From positions 1 through 64,000 of the forward strand of contig CAVONQ010000011.1 of NCBI GenBank assembly GCA_963697335.1: a DNA stretch of 64,000 nt, written 5' to 3'. Within the stretch, counting starts at the first letter, position 1. The number at the start of each line of letters is the position of its first letter. Shown piece after piece: positions 28,603 through 39,358 of the stretch. Under the pieces are notes generated by a model. That model did not search any database and had not been told where the DNA came from. It saw only the letters and a list, made by a program, of their open reading frames with translations. The stretch is from an uncultured cyanobacterium. GTDB lineage: Bacteria > Cyanobacteriota > Cyanobacteriia > PCC-6307 > Cyanobiaceae. The translations under genes and the position numbers were made by a program.

Positions 28603-29717
28603 TTGGCCGAGGTCTTCCACCGCCCCCGTCTGGCCGCAGAGCTGGCGGGCCGTCTGCTGCACCCCGGCGTGCTCGACGAGGGCCTGCGCTCGGGGCTGTT
28701 CCTGTCGGGGCTGCGTCGTACCGGCAAAACCACCTTCCTGCGCAGGGATCCTGTGCGGGGAGCCGGGCGTGGTGATCTACGTGGACCTCTGGAGTGACAT
28801 CAAGGTCAGCCCGGCGACCTGTTATGCCGCCGTTCGCGCAGGCGACTGGTGACCCAGCCTCGCCGCGCGGCTCAGGGGACTGGATCTCGGTGGGATGGGC
28901 TTTCGCTTCGGGTTTCAGTTGGAGCAGCTGGGTGAACAAGGTGGAGCGACCTTGGCCCAGGCCTTCACAGAAGTGGTGGATCAGGCCAAGGGCGATGTGG
29001 TGCTGATCGTGGATGAGGTGCAGCAGGCCATCACCACAGAAGAGGGTAATCAGATGTTGCTGGCCCTCAAAGCCGCCCGAGACGCCATCAATCCCAGACC
29101 CGGTACGCCGGGACACTTCCTGTTTCTCGGCACCGGCTCCCACAGGGCCCTGGTGGGTGAGCTCACGGCAAGGCGGAACCAGGCGTTCGCCGGTGCCACC
29201 TCGCTGCCCTACCCCGTGCTGGATCTGGAGTATGTGCGCCATGTGCTGCAGCGCCTGCGAGCGGAAGATGGCGAAGCCACTGCCGTCGGAAGCGATCGCC
29301 TGGGAGGCCTTCCAGACCCTGGGCCATCGCCCCGAAGAGTTTCTGCGGGCCCTGGGCCAACTCCAGGCCAGCAGCAGCAGTTCTGGTCTGGAACCGGATC
29401 AGCTGTTGCCGGTGATTGCCGCCACCCTGCGCGGCACTGCCGCAGACCTGGAGCTGCAGAAGGTGGAACAACTTGGCGGGCTGGCCACGGCGATCTTCGA
29501 CCGGGTGGCCATGGAGGTGGGCCCTGCCAAGGGCCTGTTCTCAGCGGAAGCTGCTGCGGCCTATGGCGAAGCGATCGGCCGGGAGGTGCGGGTGGAGGAG
29601 ATCCAGCCGGTGGTGAATGAACTCCTCGCCGACAACGTGCTGATGCGGCTGGGCCACGGCCTCTACGGCGTTGCCGATCCGTTTGTGCAGGAGATCTGGC
29701 GCGAACGGCGGCGCTGA
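28603..29717 (+). CDS. P-loop (AAA/archaeal-ATPase-like) ATP-binding protein with C-terminal winged helix; frameshifted or pseudogene
   Basis: Walker A SGLRRTGKT, IYVDLW, Walker B VLIVDEVQ, GTGSHR, GHRPEEF and C-terminal RLGHGLYGVADPF, spread over several frames. Confidence 0.75.
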
Positions 29718-29735
29718 TCGTGTGCCCAGGAGATG

Positions 29736-30137
29736 TCACCTGAGCAGGCCACCCTCATCAGCAGGTGGGGGCTTCGACGCAATCGCAAAATCTGCGGCAA
29801 CTGCCTCTCCCCGATTTCGCCGGTAGAGCACCTGGCCAACACGCTGGATGTGATCGATCAGCTCAGGGGATTGCAGCGATGCCCGCAGCGACAGATCAAA
29901 GCGCCAGGGCAACAACAGATCGTCGAGGGCCTGATCGAGGCGCGTCAGGGTGAGGCCATCGAGATCGGCCCCGGAGAGAGTGAGATCAATATCGGAGCCG
30001 GGCCGATGGCGGCCAAGCGCACGCGATCCATAGAGGGTGGCCTGCTCGATCGCCGGGAACGCGGCCAGAGTGGCCTGGATCCGCTCCACCGCGGCGACGG
30101 GCAAACCGTGGCTGGCGCCAGTGGTCTGCTCGGTCAT
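29736..30137 (-). CDS. Minimal nucleotidyltransferase (MNT) antitoxin
   Basis: LYGSRA..GSDIDL, LLPWRFDL. Confidence 0.88.
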   Translation of the reverse strand: MTEQTTGASHGLPVAAVERIQATLAAFPAIEQATLYGSRALGRHRPGSDIDLTLSGADLDGLTLTRLDQALDDLLLPWRFDLSLRASLQSPELIDHIQRVGQVLYRRNRGEAVAADFAIASKPPPADEGGLLR

Positions 30138-30553
30138 GGCTGTACAGCCCGCTCTGCCAGCCAGGCTTCCAGCTCCTGGAAGGCAGCCAGATAGCGACTG
30201 GTCACCGCCGACACGATCTCCTGCACGGTGGCCTCATCGTAGGTGTGGGTGCTGAGGTTGCGGTGGCGAATCATCGCCATCCAGATGTCGCCATCGCGGA
30301 TCAATCCCTGGGCAAAGGCTTCTCGGCTGGTGTCGCGGGAACCAAACAGCTCCACGGCCCCGCGGGAGGCGAGAAAGTCTTTGAGGGTCTTCCAACTGAG
30401 TTCATGGGTGAACTCAAAGGTCTGGATCAGGCCCTGCCGCTCCAGATCGCTGAGAGGACGCTGCCGCGTTAGCTCCACGGCCTCCGTTAGCTGCGCCAGC
30501 ACGCGGCGGTAATTGGTGAACCGCTGGATCCAGCGGATGTCAGCGTCTTGCAT
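30134..30553 (-). CDS. HEPN toxin, nucleotidyltransferase substrate-binding (HI0074) family
   Basis: IRWIQRF, GLIQTFEFTHELSWK, Rx4H motif RNLSTHTY, and ATGA overlap with the MNT gene. Confidence 0.9.
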   Translation of the reverse strand: MQDADIRWIQRFTNYRRVLAQLTEAVELTRQRPLSDLERQGLIQTFEFTHELSWKTLKDFLASRGAVELFGSRDTSREAFAQGLIRDGDIWMAMIRHRNLSTHTYDEATVQEIVSAVTSRYLAAFQELEAWLAERAVQP

Positions 30554-30653
30554 GGCCACCGAATGGGTAAAGAAGCCAGGCCCTACGGATTCAGAAACCA
30601 CATCTTGGCTGGGGCGCGATGACCGCCCTGCGTCGCCGCCGGCGCTCTGGCCC

Positions 30654-30816
30654 CCAGCCGCTGATCTGGCTTCAGTCGCGTGGGAAGCCCACTGCTGACT
30701 TAGTAGGCATGACGCCAAGAGTCCCAAAGGTGTCAACCGTGATGCCACCCACTCCCACCCCCTTCACCGTTGTGCAGGTGGGCTTCCCCGGCTGTTGACG
30801 CTCGATCAACGCTGAG
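30654..30816. repeat. Long imperfect inverted repeat / rod-like structured element
   Basis: Nested complementary arms CAGC/GCTG, TGATC/GATCA, CAGTCG/CGGCTG, GGGAAGCCCAC(30682-30692)/GTGGGCTTCCC(30778-30788) and GGCATGACG/CGTGATGCC. Confidence 0.65.
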
Positions 30817-30825
30817 GTGAGCATC

Positions 30826-32185
30826 ATGGCTCCCATGGCAGAAGGCACCCAGGGCAGCGAGCTGGCAGCGGCCCACTGCAGCGAGCCGGCGTCGACCCAT
30901 CCCGGCGTACTGGACGTGATCGGCACCGACGCCGCCGGCGTGGCCGGTCTGGCCCCCCGCAGCCTGGCGCTGCTGCGGGGGGCCCGGCTGCTGCTGGCCC
31001 CGGCGCGGCTGCTGGTGGACCTGGCCCCCTGGTGGCAGCAGGAGCAGGCGGCTGGCCGGGTGCCGGCGGGATTGGAAGGCCCCGAACTCCTGGCCAGCGA
31101 CAGACCGGAGCTGATCCATGGCCCCCTGGAAGCGGCCATGGCGGCCGGCCGGCCGGCGGTGCTGCTGGCCAGTGGCGATCCGCTCTGGTTCGGCATCGGC
31201 CGTCTGCTGCTGCAGCACTTCAGCCCCGCCCAGCTGCGGTTTCACCCCGCCCCCTCCAGCCTGCAGCTGGCCTTCGCCCGCCTCGGCCGCCCCTGGCAGG
31301 ACGCCAGCTGGATCAGCCTCCACGGCCGCGACCCCGAACCTCTGGCGGCGGCGCTGCAGAAGCGGCCCGCCGCCCTGGCGGTGCTCACCGATCCCGGCCG
31401 GGGCGGTGCCGAGGAGGTGCGCCGGATCCTGCGCTGCCTCCGGCCTGGAGGCGGCCTACGTCGTGTGGCTGTGCGAGCGGCTGGGCCATCCCCAGGAGCG
31501 GGTGCAGCGGCTGGCGCCCCAGGCGGCGCTGCCGGCCGATCTCGATCCCCTGCACCTGGTGCTGCTGATCGCTGAACCGCCGCCGCCGCCCGACCCGGCG
31601 ACCCTGCCCCTGTTCGGCCTGCCGGACGGGATCTTCCTGCAGCACGCCGACCGCCCCGGCCTGATGACCAAGCGGGAGGTGCGCATCCAGCTGCTGGCCG
31701 ATCTGAACCTGCCGGCGGCGGGGGTGCTCTGGGACATCGGCGCCGGGGTGGGCTCCATCGGCCTGGAGGCCCTGCGGCTGTGCCCGAGGCTGCAGCTCTG
31801 GGCAGTGGAGGCCCGCGGTGGATCCGCCGCGCTGATCCGGGCGAATGCCGAGCGCCTGGGGGTGCAGCCCCAGACCGTGCTGGAGGGGCGGGCGCCGGCG
31901 GTGTTCAGCCAGCTGCCCGATCCGGATCGGGTGCTCCTCGGCGGCGGTGGCAGCGACCGTTCGGCGATCCTGCAGGCGCTGTTGCCACGCCTGCTGCCAG
32001 GCGGTGTGGTGGTGATCCCCCTGGCCACCCTGGAGGCCCTGGCCGAGCTGCGCCCCCTGCTGGAGCGGGCCGGCCTGGCCGTGACGGTGGCGCAGCACCA
32101 GAGCTGGCGGGGGGCACCGCTGGCAGCGGGCACCCGCCTGGCGCCGATGAATCCAGTGCTGGTGCTCAGGGGTGAGCGGCTCTGA
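30826..32185 (+). CDS. cbiET: Precorrin-6Y C5,15-methyltransferase (CbiE-CbiT fusion), frameshift near 31435
   Basis: LASGDPLWFGIG, SLHGR, CERLG, MTKREVR, WDIGAGVGS, PMNPV. Confidence 0.88.
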
Positions 32186-32690
32186 ACGGCTCGATGCGCA
32201 CCGCTGTGCCCACCCGGATGCCCAGGGCCGCCGCCTGACCTCCCGCCAGTTCCAGCACCCCGTCCACGGGCACGCCCGGGCCGTAGCTGGGGCAGGGCAG
32301 GCGCGGGCAGGGGGTGGCGGCCGCTTCGAGGGCCACCACCTTGCCGTTGGCCACAAACAGCATGTCCAGCGGCTCGGGGGTGCGGTGCATCCAGAACCGG
32401 GCCGGGGTGGGCTGGGGGAAGGGAAACCACATGCCGCGCAGGGGCGGCAATGGCGGCCGCAACTGCAGGCCCAGGGCCTGTTCCTGGGGGGCATCGGCCA
32501 CTTCCAGCAGGATGCAGCGCTCGCTCTCCAGGCACCAGCGGGCTTCCAGGGGCAGGGTCTGGGGTGGTTCCGCCGGCTGGGCCAGGGTCCGCTGGCTGGA
32601 GGCCAGATCTGCCGCCGCCAGCCCGATCAGAGCCAGCAGACCAGCACCGCCCACGAGCCGCGTCACCCCCAGCCGCCGCGCCGCCCCCAT
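32166..32690 (-). CDS. DUF192 family protein
   Basis: LEVAD..Q..GL, FWM..T..PLDMLF, VLELAGG. Confidence 0.85.
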   Translation of the reverse strand: MGAARRLGVTRLVGGAGLLALIGLAAADLASSQRTLAQPAEPPQTLPLEARWCLESERCILLEVADAPQEQALGLQLRPPLPPLRGMWFPFPQPTPARFWMHRTPEPLDMLFVANGKVVALEAAATPCPRLPCPSYGPGVPVDGVLELAGGQAAALGIRVGTAVRIEPFRAAHP

Positions 32691-33352
32691 CAGAGTCCTG
32701 CCGGGGGCGGCAGCCGCTCGCTGAGGCAGTACCCCTGGCCTCGCACCGTGTGGATCAACCGCCGGGCGCCACCCTGCTCCAGCTTCTGGCGCAGGTAACG
32801 CACGTACACCTCGATCACATTGCTGCTGGTGGCCTGGTTGTCGTCCCACACCTGCCGCAGGATCTGATCGCGGCTCACCACGGTGCCACGCCGCTCCAGC
32901 AGCAGCACCAGCAGGGCATATTCCCGCGCTGTGAGGGCCACCTGGCGCCGGCCGCGACGCACGTCGCGGGTACTGGGGTTCAGGGTCAGGTCCGCCACCT
33001 GCAGGAGCTGGGTGGGCACCACCAGGCTCTGGCGCAGGCTGAGCTGGAGCCGCAGCCGCATCAGCAGATCGCTGGGCCCGAGGCTGGACAGCCAGAAGTC
33101 GTCGGCGCCGGCGCTGAGGCAGTGGGCGCGGGCCTCCACCGTGTCCTCGCCGATGTTGAGCAGCAGCGGGGTGGAGCCGAACCGTTGCCGCAACGCCGGG
33201 ATCCGGTCCGCCTGGGAAGCCGTGAGCACCACCACATCCGGCCCCGCGCCGCTGGATCCGTCGGGAGGCCACAGGGCGTAACCCGAGGCCTGCAGCCGCG
33301 GACCCAAGGCTTCCGCTTCCGCCCCGAGCAGCCAGACGCTGGCGGGGCTCAT
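32690..33352 (-). CDS. OmpR-family response regulator with degenerate receiver (NblR-like)
   Basis: w[43 protein letters not shown]. Confidence 0.85.
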   Translation of the reverse strand: MSPASVWLLGAEAEALGPRLQASGYALWPPDGSSGAGPDVVVLTASQADRIPALRQRFGSTPLLLNIGEDTVEARAHCLSAGADDFWLSSLGPSDLLMRLRLQLSLRQSLVVPTQLLQVADLTLNPSTRDVRRGRRQVALTAREYALLVLLLERRGTVVSRDQILRQVWDDNQATSSNVIEVYVRYLRQKLEQGGARRLIHTVRGQGYCLSERLPPPAGL

Positions 33353-34308
33353 GACGTGCCGCCCCTGCTGGCCCGCGGTTCGACCCCCGCCAGAGGCTCG
33401 AGCTCGTTGCCGGGCTTGGCCACATGGGGCAGGCCCCAGCCCAGCTTGTTGCGCAGCACCTGGAAGAACTCGTGGTCGTTGAGCCGCACGAAGCGCGCCG
33501 CATGCTCGCTGCGGCGGATCAGCACCCGATCTTCCGGCCAGATGTAACAGCCGGCGCTGCCGTCCACCACCATCATCAGCCGCTCGGGCGTGGCCGGGAA
33601 GATCGTCACCGGTTCCCGGTCGCTGAACACCAGCGCCCGCGAGGCCAGCGAGTGGGGCGCGATCGGCGTGAGTTGCAGCACCGGGCAGTCGGGGGTGATC
33701 ACCGGGCCGCCGGCGGAGAGGGCGTAGGCCGTGGAGCCGGTGGGGGTGGAGAGGATCACGCCGTCGGCGGCGATGTCCACCGGGGCGTGGCGGCCGATGG
33801 CGATCTCGAAATGGCACATCGAGGTGAGCGGCTCGCGGTGCAGGGCCATCTCGTTGAGGCAGAGCACCTCCCAGCGCCGCTGCTCGCTGCGCAGCACGCT
33901 CACCACCTGCAGGGTGCGCTCCTCCACCGTCCAGGTGCCGGAGATCACCTGCTCGAGCACCTCATCGAGCTGGTGCAGATAGGCCTCGGCCAGGAAGCCC
34001 AGGTGGCCGGTGTTGATCGTGAGGATCGGCACGCCGATCGGCGCGGTCTGGCGGGCCGCCGACAGCACGGTGCCGTCGCCCCCCAGCACGATGGCCAGCT
34101 GCAGTTCCTCGCTGAAACTGGCCGGCACGCAGGCCGCATAGCCCTTGGCGCGCATCTGCTGGTCGGGATTGGCGAAGCCCACCATCCCCCCGGAGCTGCT
34201 CACCCGCAGCACCTCGAGCCCGCTGGCGCTCAGGCGCGCCTCGACGGCATCGGCCGTCTTCACGGCCAGGTGTTTGCCGTCATTGACGATCAGTCCGACA
34301 CGGGGCAC
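33349..34308 (-). CDS. ppnK: NAD+ kinase
   Basis: LGGDGT, GHLGFL, LNE, DG...[14 protein letters not shown]. Confidence 0.93.
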   Translation of the reverse strand: MPRVGLIVNDGKHLAVKTADAVEARLSASGLEVLRVSSSGGMVGFANPDQQMRAKGYAACVPASFSEELQLAIVLGGDGTVLSAARQTAPIGVPILTINTGHLGFLAEAYLHQLDEVLEQVISGTWTVEERTLQVVSVLRSEQRRWEVLCLNEMALHREPLTSMCHFEIAIGRHAPVDIAADGVILSTPTGSTAYALSAGGPVITPDCPVLQLTPIAPHSLASRALVFSDREPVTIFPATPERLMMVVDGSAGCYIWPEDRVLIRRSEHAARFVRLNDHEFFQVLRNKLGWGLPHVAKPGNELEPLAGVEPRASRGGTS

Positions 34309-34379
34309 CGATCGGTGGGCGGGGGGCCGGTTGAGTTTATGGGCGCTGACCCCGGCGGCCGGCGCGGAGCCGTTGGCGA

Positions 34380-35459
34380 TCAGAACTGCTCCAGAAAGCG
34401 CAGATCACTGGTGTAGAGCCGGCGGATGTCGTCGATGCCGTGGCGCACCATGCAGAAACGCTCCACGCCGAGGCCGGCCGCGAAGCCGCTCCAGCGCTCC
34501 GGATCGAGGCCCATGCCCGTGAGCACGGCCGGATCCACCATGCCGCAACCCATCACCTCCAGCCAGCGGCCCCGCCACTGCACATCCACCTCGGCGCTCG
34601 GCTCGGTGAAGGGGAAGTAGCTGGCCCGGAAGCGCACGGGCAGATCGCCGAAAAAGCGCTGCAGGAAGGCCGTCACCGTGCCGCGCAGATGGCTGAAGTC
34701 GAGCCCCTCGTCGATGGCCAGCACCTCCACCTGGTGGAACACCGGCGAGTGGGTGGCATCCACGGCGTCGCGGCGGTAGACGCGGCCCGGGGCGATCACC
34801 CGCACCGGTGGCGGGTTGTTCTCCAGATGGCGGATCTGCACCGGCGAGGTGTGGGTGCGCAGCAGGCGGCCGTCCTGGAGGTAGAAGGTGTCCTGCATGT
34901 CCCGGGCGGGGTGGTGCTCGGGGATGTTGAGGGCGGTGAAGTTGTAGTAGTCGCTTTCGATCTCAGGGCCCTCAGACACCCGGTAGCCGAGGCCGGAGAA
35001 GATGTCCACAATCTCCTCGATCGTGCTGATCAGGGGGTGCCGGTGCCCTGGCGGCACGTAGCTGCAGGGGGCGGTGACATCCAGGCTTTCGCTGGCGATG
35101 CGCTCCGCCATGGCGGCTGACTTGACGGCCCCCAGCCGCTGGGCCAGCAGGCCCTGCAGCTGTTCCTTGAGCACGTTGGCCCGCTGGCCCACCAGGGGGC
35201 GTTCGGCGCCGGGCAGGCGGCCCATGGCGCCGAGCACGGAGGAGAGTTTGCCTTTTTTGCCCAGCAGACCCACCCGCAGATCCTCCAGTTCGCTGGCGTT
35301 GGCGGCGGCGGCGATGGCGGCGGCGGCCTCCGCCTCCAGGGCCTGCAGCTGGCCGTTGAGCTGCTCCAGGCTGACCCCACCGGAGCCTGAGCCGCTGCCG
35401 CCAGCGCTGGATGGGGCGCCGGCGGGGGAGCTGGAGGTGGCGGAGGAGGCGGCGCTCAC
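34380..35459 (-). CDS. pheS: Phenylalanine-tRNA ligase alpha subunit
   Basis: [38 protein letters not shown]. Confidence 0.96.
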   Translation of the reverse strand: MSAASSATSSSPAGAPSSAGGSGSGSGGVSLEQLNGQLQALEAEAAAAIAAAANASELEDLRVGLLGKKGKLSSVLGAMGRLPGAERPLVGQRANVLKEQLQGLLAQRLGAVKSAAMAERIASESLDVTAPCSYVPPGHRHPLISTIEEIVDIFSGLGYRVSEGPEIESDYYNFTALNIPEHHPARDMQDTFYLQDGRLLRTHTSPVQIRHLENNPPPVRVIAPGRVYRRDAVDATHSPVFHQVEVLAIDEGLDFSHLRGTVTAFLQRFFGDLPVRFRASYFPFTEPSAEVDVQWRGRWLEVMGCGMVDPAVLTGMGLDPERWSGFAAGLGVERFCMVRHGIDDIRRLYTSDLRFLEQF

Positions 35460-35519
35460 GGCGTTCGCAGGCTCGGAGGGCAAGGGAGAGACTGTACGGA
35501 GCTGCCCCGACCTGCGCCG

Positions 35520-36341
35520 ATGACCCCCCTGAGGATCCTGATCAGCAACGACGACGGGGTCTTTGCGGATGGCATCCGCACCCTGGCCAACGCGGCCGTG
35601 GCCCGGGGCCATGAGGTCACGGTGGTGTGCCCCGATCAGGAGCGCTCCGCCACCGGCCATGGCCTCACCCTGCAGACCCCCATCCGGGCCGAACGGGCCG
35701 ATGAGCTGTTCGACGACGGGGTGACCGCCTGGGCCTGCAGCGGCACCCCCAGTGACTGCGTCAAGCTGGCCCTGTTCTCCCTGCTGGAGAGCTGGCCGGA
35801 TCTGGTGCTCTCCGGCATCAACCACGGCCCCAACCTCGGCACCGACGTGCTCTATTCCGGCACCGTGAGTGCGGCCATGGAGGGCACGATCGAGGGGCTG
35901 CCCTCCCTGGCCGTGAGCAGCGCCGATTTCCAGTGGCGCCAGTTCGTGCCCGCCGCCGCCATCGCTCTGGATGTGGCGGAGGCGATGCTCGCCGAAGGCT
36001 GGCCCGCGGGCATGCTGCTCAACCTGAATGTGCCGCCCCTGCCGGCGGAGAGCCTGGGCCCCCTCAGCTGGTGCCGCACGGCGGTGCGCCGTTACACCGA
36101 CCAGTTCGACCGCCGCGTCGACCCCCGCGGCCGCACCTACTACTGGCTGGCGGGCGAGGTGGCCAACGACCTGGAGGCCAAGGTGGCGGGCCCCAGCGAC
36201 TGGCCGGTGGATGTGGCCCACGTCCATGGCGGAGGGATTTCACTGTCTCCCCTGCAGCCGGAGCTGTTCTGGCGCGGCGCCACGCTGGATCTGCCCCAGC
36301 TGGAGCTGCCCCGGGATGACCTGCCTCAGGTGGGTCTGTAG
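35520..36341 (+). CDS. surE: 5'/3'-nucleotidase SurE
   Basis: [31 protein letters not shown]. Confidence 0.95.
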   Translation: MTPLRILISNDDGVFADGIRTLANAAVARGHEVTVVCPDQERSATGHGLTLQTPIRAERADELFDDGVTAWACSGTPSDCVKLALFSLLESWPDLVLSGINHGPNLGTDVLYSGTVSAAMEGTIEGLPSLAVSSADFQWRQFVPAAAIALDVAEAMLAEGWPAGMLLNLNVPPLPAESLGPLSWCRTAVRRYTDQFDRRVDPRGRTYYWLAGEVANDLEAKVAGPSDWPVDVAHVHGGGISLSPLQPELFWRGATLDLPQLELPRDDLPQVGL

Positions 36342-36907
36342 ATCCGCTGCAGCAGCCAGAGGCTCACGCCCAGGCCGATCAGGTGGGCGAACAGCACCTG
36401 GGTGTTGCCCAGCACCGAGAACATCTCGATCGAGGTAATCGGCAGGCCGATCAGGCGGCCGGCGCCACCGGCCTGGCCCTGGACCTGGGCCCCGAAGAAC
36501 CCCGGCACCTGCTGGGAGGCCTGCACGAACAGGCTGCCGGCCATGGCCTGGTATCCCACGGCGGCCAGCGTCAGGCCGGCCAGGTCGATCAGCAGGCCCC
36601 GTTTCACCAGCCGGCCGGTCTCGCCGCGGCTGGGCCGCACCGGGCTGGCCAGGGCGCGGCCGCAGCGCACCACCAGCCAGCTCTGCCAGAGGCAGCCGAG
36701 CAACAGCAGAAACGAGAGCGTGGTGAGTGAGATCCCAGGCCCCAGCCCGAGGGCGCGGGAGGAGTTGGCGGCGAGCCGTCCGCCGATGTTGTTGAACACC
36801 AGCACCCCCACCACCACCACCGCGAGCACCAGTTGGGCCCAGAACCGCACCCAGCCCACACGCCGAAGGGCGGCGGCCATCTGCTGCAGATCGAGGCGGT
36901 CAGCCAT
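36326..36907 (-). CDS. DUF3611 (TIC21-like) membrane protein
   Basis: [14 protein letters not shown]..., NTQVLFAH. Confidence 0.78.
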   Translation of the reverse strand: MADRLDLQQMAAALRRVGWVRFWAQLVLAVVVVGVLVFNNIGGRLAANSSRALGLGPGISLTTLSFLLLLGCLWQSWLVVRCGRALASPVRPSRGETGRLVKRGLLIDLAGLTLAAVGYQAMAGSLFVQASQQVPGFFGAQVQGQAGGAGRLIGLPITSIEMFSVLGNTQVLFAHLIGLGVSLWLLQRIYRPT

Positions 36908-36984
36908 GGGTGCATCGAAACGTGCCACCCAAAGGTGCCATGGGAGGATCGGCGCGGCCTGCTCCGGCGTTGGGATCTGTCGCG

Positions 36985-38007
36985 TTGATACCGCTGCGAA
37001 CCCCCCAGGAGGCCCAGCGCCCCACCGCCATCGCCCTCGGCAGCTTTGATGGTCTGCATCGGGGCCATCGGCGCGTGATCGCGGCCGTGGCCGGCGAAGG
37101 CCAGTCCGACGGGGCCGTGCCGGCCCTGGTGCCCACGGTGGTGAGCTTCTGGCCCCACCCCCGCGAAGTGCTGCATGGCGACACGCGCCTGCGGCTGGAT
37201 CTGCCCTCGGAGAAGCTCGAACTGCTCGGCCCCCTGGGCATCCGTCAGCTGGTGCTGGTGCCCTTTGACCGCCGCCTCGCCGCCCTCGACCCGGAGGCCT
37301 TCGTGGACCAGGTGCTGGTGGCCCAGCTGGATGCCCGCCGTATCGCCGTGGGCAGCAACTTCCGCTTCGGGGTGGGGCGCCAGGGCGACACCGACACCCT
37401 GATGGCCCTGGGGGCGGCCCGGGGCCTGACGGTGACGGTGCTGCCGATGCTCAGTGACGGCGGCGATCGGCTCAGCAGCAGCCGCATCCGCCGGGCCCTA
37501 GCGGCCGGTGATCTCGCCGAGGCGGAGCGGTTGCTGCAGCGGCCCTACCGCTTCAGCGGCCAGGTGGTGTCGGGGAGGGGGTTGGGCAAGGGCCTGGGCT
37601 GGCCCACCGCCAATCTGCGGGTGGACGGGCGCAAGTTCCTGCCGATGGAAGGGGTCTATGCCGCCCGGGTCCAGCTCAATGGCCAGCTGGACGGCAAGCC
37701 CCCTGGAGACGGTCGCTGGCTGCCGGCCGTGATGAACCTCGGGCCCCAGCCCACCGTGGATCCCCAGGCCAGTTCTGCGGTGGAGGTGCACCTGCTGGAT
37801 CAGGAGCTGGAGCTGGGCGGGCGTGAGCTGCGGGTGGAGCCCGTGGCCCTGCTGCGCAGCCAGCAGCGCTTCGCCGACCTGGCCGCCCTCTGCGCCCAGA
37901 TCGGCCGCGATGCCGCGTCGGCCCGCAGCCTGTTAGCCGCCGGGATAGGCGTGGGTCAGGCCCCAGCCCATGAAGGCGGCGATGCCGCCCAGCAGCAGAA
38001 TCCCTGA
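36985..38007 (+). CDS. ribF: Riboflavin kinase/FAD synthetase
   Basis: GSFDGLHRGH, SFWPHP, SSSRIR, GWPTAN, EVHLL. Confidence 0.93.
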   Translation: MIPLRTPQEAQRPTAIALGSFDGLHRGHRRVIAAVAGEGQSDGAVPALVPTVVSFWPHPREVLHGDTRLRLDLPSEKLELLGPLGIRQLVLVPFDRRLAALDPEAFVDQVLVAQLDARRIAVGSNFRFGVGRQGDTDTLMALGAARGLTVTVLPMLSDGGDRLSSSRIRRALAAGDLAEAERLLQRPYRFSGQVVSGRGLGKGLGWPTANLRVDGRKFLPMEGVYAARVQLNGQLDGKPPGDGRWLPAVMNLGPQPTVDPQASSAVEVHLLDQELELGGRELRVEPVALLRSQQRFADLAALCAQIGRDAASARSLLAAGIGVGQAPAHEGGDAAQQQNP

Positions 38008-38049
38008 CACGAGCACCAGCATCGGGCTGTCAGCACCGCCTTGATCCAT
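37933..38049 (-). CDS. Small (38 aa) single-TM protein
   Basis: MDQGGADSPMLVLVSGILLLGGIAAFMAGGLTHAYPGG*, overlapping the ribF 3' end. It is not in the ORF track. Confidence 0.55.
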   Translation of the reverse strand: MDQGGADSPMLVLVSGILLLGGIAAFMGWGLTHAYPGG

Positions 38050-38156
38050 CGGGGCCTCGGGATGGGCCAGCAGGCCCCGATCAGGACCTCCAACCTAGAC
38101 AGGCCAGACCGGCCCACCTTCAGCCGGATGTGCTGATTTCACCACGCCGCCGCCCC

Positions 38157-39296
38157 ATGGCCCTTCCCGACTCCCCCCCAGATCCCGCCAGTGCGCCGGT
38201 CCAGCCCCAGGACGGCTGCGGTGCCCTTGGGCCTGCGGATGACCTGGCGGTGCGGCGCCTGATCGACGCCAACCTGGACCGGGCCCGCGAAGGCCTGCGG
38301 GTGCTGGAGGACTGGGCCCGCTTCGGGCTGGAGCGGGCCGACCTGGTGAGCCGCACCAAGGACATGCGCCAGACCCTGGGGCTGCTGCACCGCGACGCCT
38401 ACAAGCTGGCCCGCCACACCGCCACGGATGCCGGGGCGGGCCTCGGCCACCCCGCCCAGGCGGAGCGCCGTCAGCCCGCCCAGGTGGTGGCCGCCAATGC
38501 CGCCCGGGTACAGGAGGCCCTGCGGGTGCTGGAGGAGTTCGGCCGCAGCAGTGATCCCCCCCTGGCGGCCGCGGCGGCGGCGATCCGCTACGGGCTCTAC
38601 GACCTGGAGGTGGCCCTGCTGCAGGGCAGCGGCGACGGGGCCAGCCGCCGCCAGCTGCTGGCCCGTTGCCACCTCTATCTGGTGACCAGCCCCGTGCCCG
38701 AGTTGGAGGCGGTGGTGGCCGGCGCCCTGGCCGGCGGCGTGCGTCTGGTGCAGTACCGGGCCAAGCCCGGCAGCCCCGGCCCCGATGGCGCCCCGCTCAG
38801 CGACGGGCAGCGGCTGGAGCAGGCCCGCAGCCTGCGCCGCCTCTGCGCCGACCATGGCGCCCTGTTCCTGGTGAATGACCGCGTCGATCTGGCCCTGGCG
38901 GTGGATGCCGATGGAGTGCACCTGGGCCAGGACGACCTGCCGCCCGCCGTGGCGCGGCGGCTGCTGGGGCAGGAGCGCCTGATCGGCCGCAGCACCCATG
39001 CCCTGCCCCAGCTGCAGCAGGCCCTGCGGGATGGCTGCGACTACGTGGGCGTGGGGCCGGTGCAGGCCACCCCCACCAAGCCGGGCCGGGCCCCGGTGGG
39101 GCTCGAGTACGTGCGCCAGGCCGCGGCGGCCTGCCCGATCCCCTTCTTCGCCATCGGCGGCCTGGCCCTGGAGACGATCCCCCAGCTGCGTCAGGCGGGT
39201 GCCGAGCGGATCGCGGTGGTGCGGGCGATCACGGCGGCCGCCGACCCCGTCGCCGCCAGCCGTGCCCTGCTCACGGCCCTGGGGCGGCCCAGCTGA
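38157..39296 (+). CDS. thiE: Thiamine-phosphate synthase (cyanobacterial N-extended form)
   Basis: [42 protein letters not shown]. Confidence 0.93.
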   Translation: MALPDSPPDPASAPVQPQDGCGALGPADDLAVRRLIDANLDRAREGLRVLEDWARFGLERADLVSRTKDMRQTLGLLHRDAYKLARHTATDAGAGLGHPAQAERRQPAQVVAANAARVQEALRVLEEFGRSSDPPLAAAAAAIRYGLYDLEVALLQGSGDGASRRQLLARCHLYLVTSPVPELEAVVAGALAGGVRLVQYRAKPGSPGPDGAPLSDGQRLEQARSLRRLCADHGALFLVNDRVDLALAVDADGVHLGQDDLPPAVARRLLGQERLIGRSTHALPQLQQALRDGCDYVGVGPVQATPTKPGRAPVGLEYVRQAAAACPIPFFAIGGLALETIPQLRQAGAERIAVVRAITAAADPVAASRALLTALGRPS

Positions 39297-39358
39297 TCGG
39301 GTGGCCTGAAGTCCCCTAACTTCAGAGCCTTGAGGCCCGTGGGGCCCAGGCGATCACC

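Noticed and set aside
30654..30816. Cobalamin riboswitch upstream of cbiET, or tmRNA
   Set aside because: A GGGAA..CCC.C..C-like stretch is present, but no B12 box could be placed, and there is no tmRNA tag or acceptor stem. It is kept only as an unassigned structured element.
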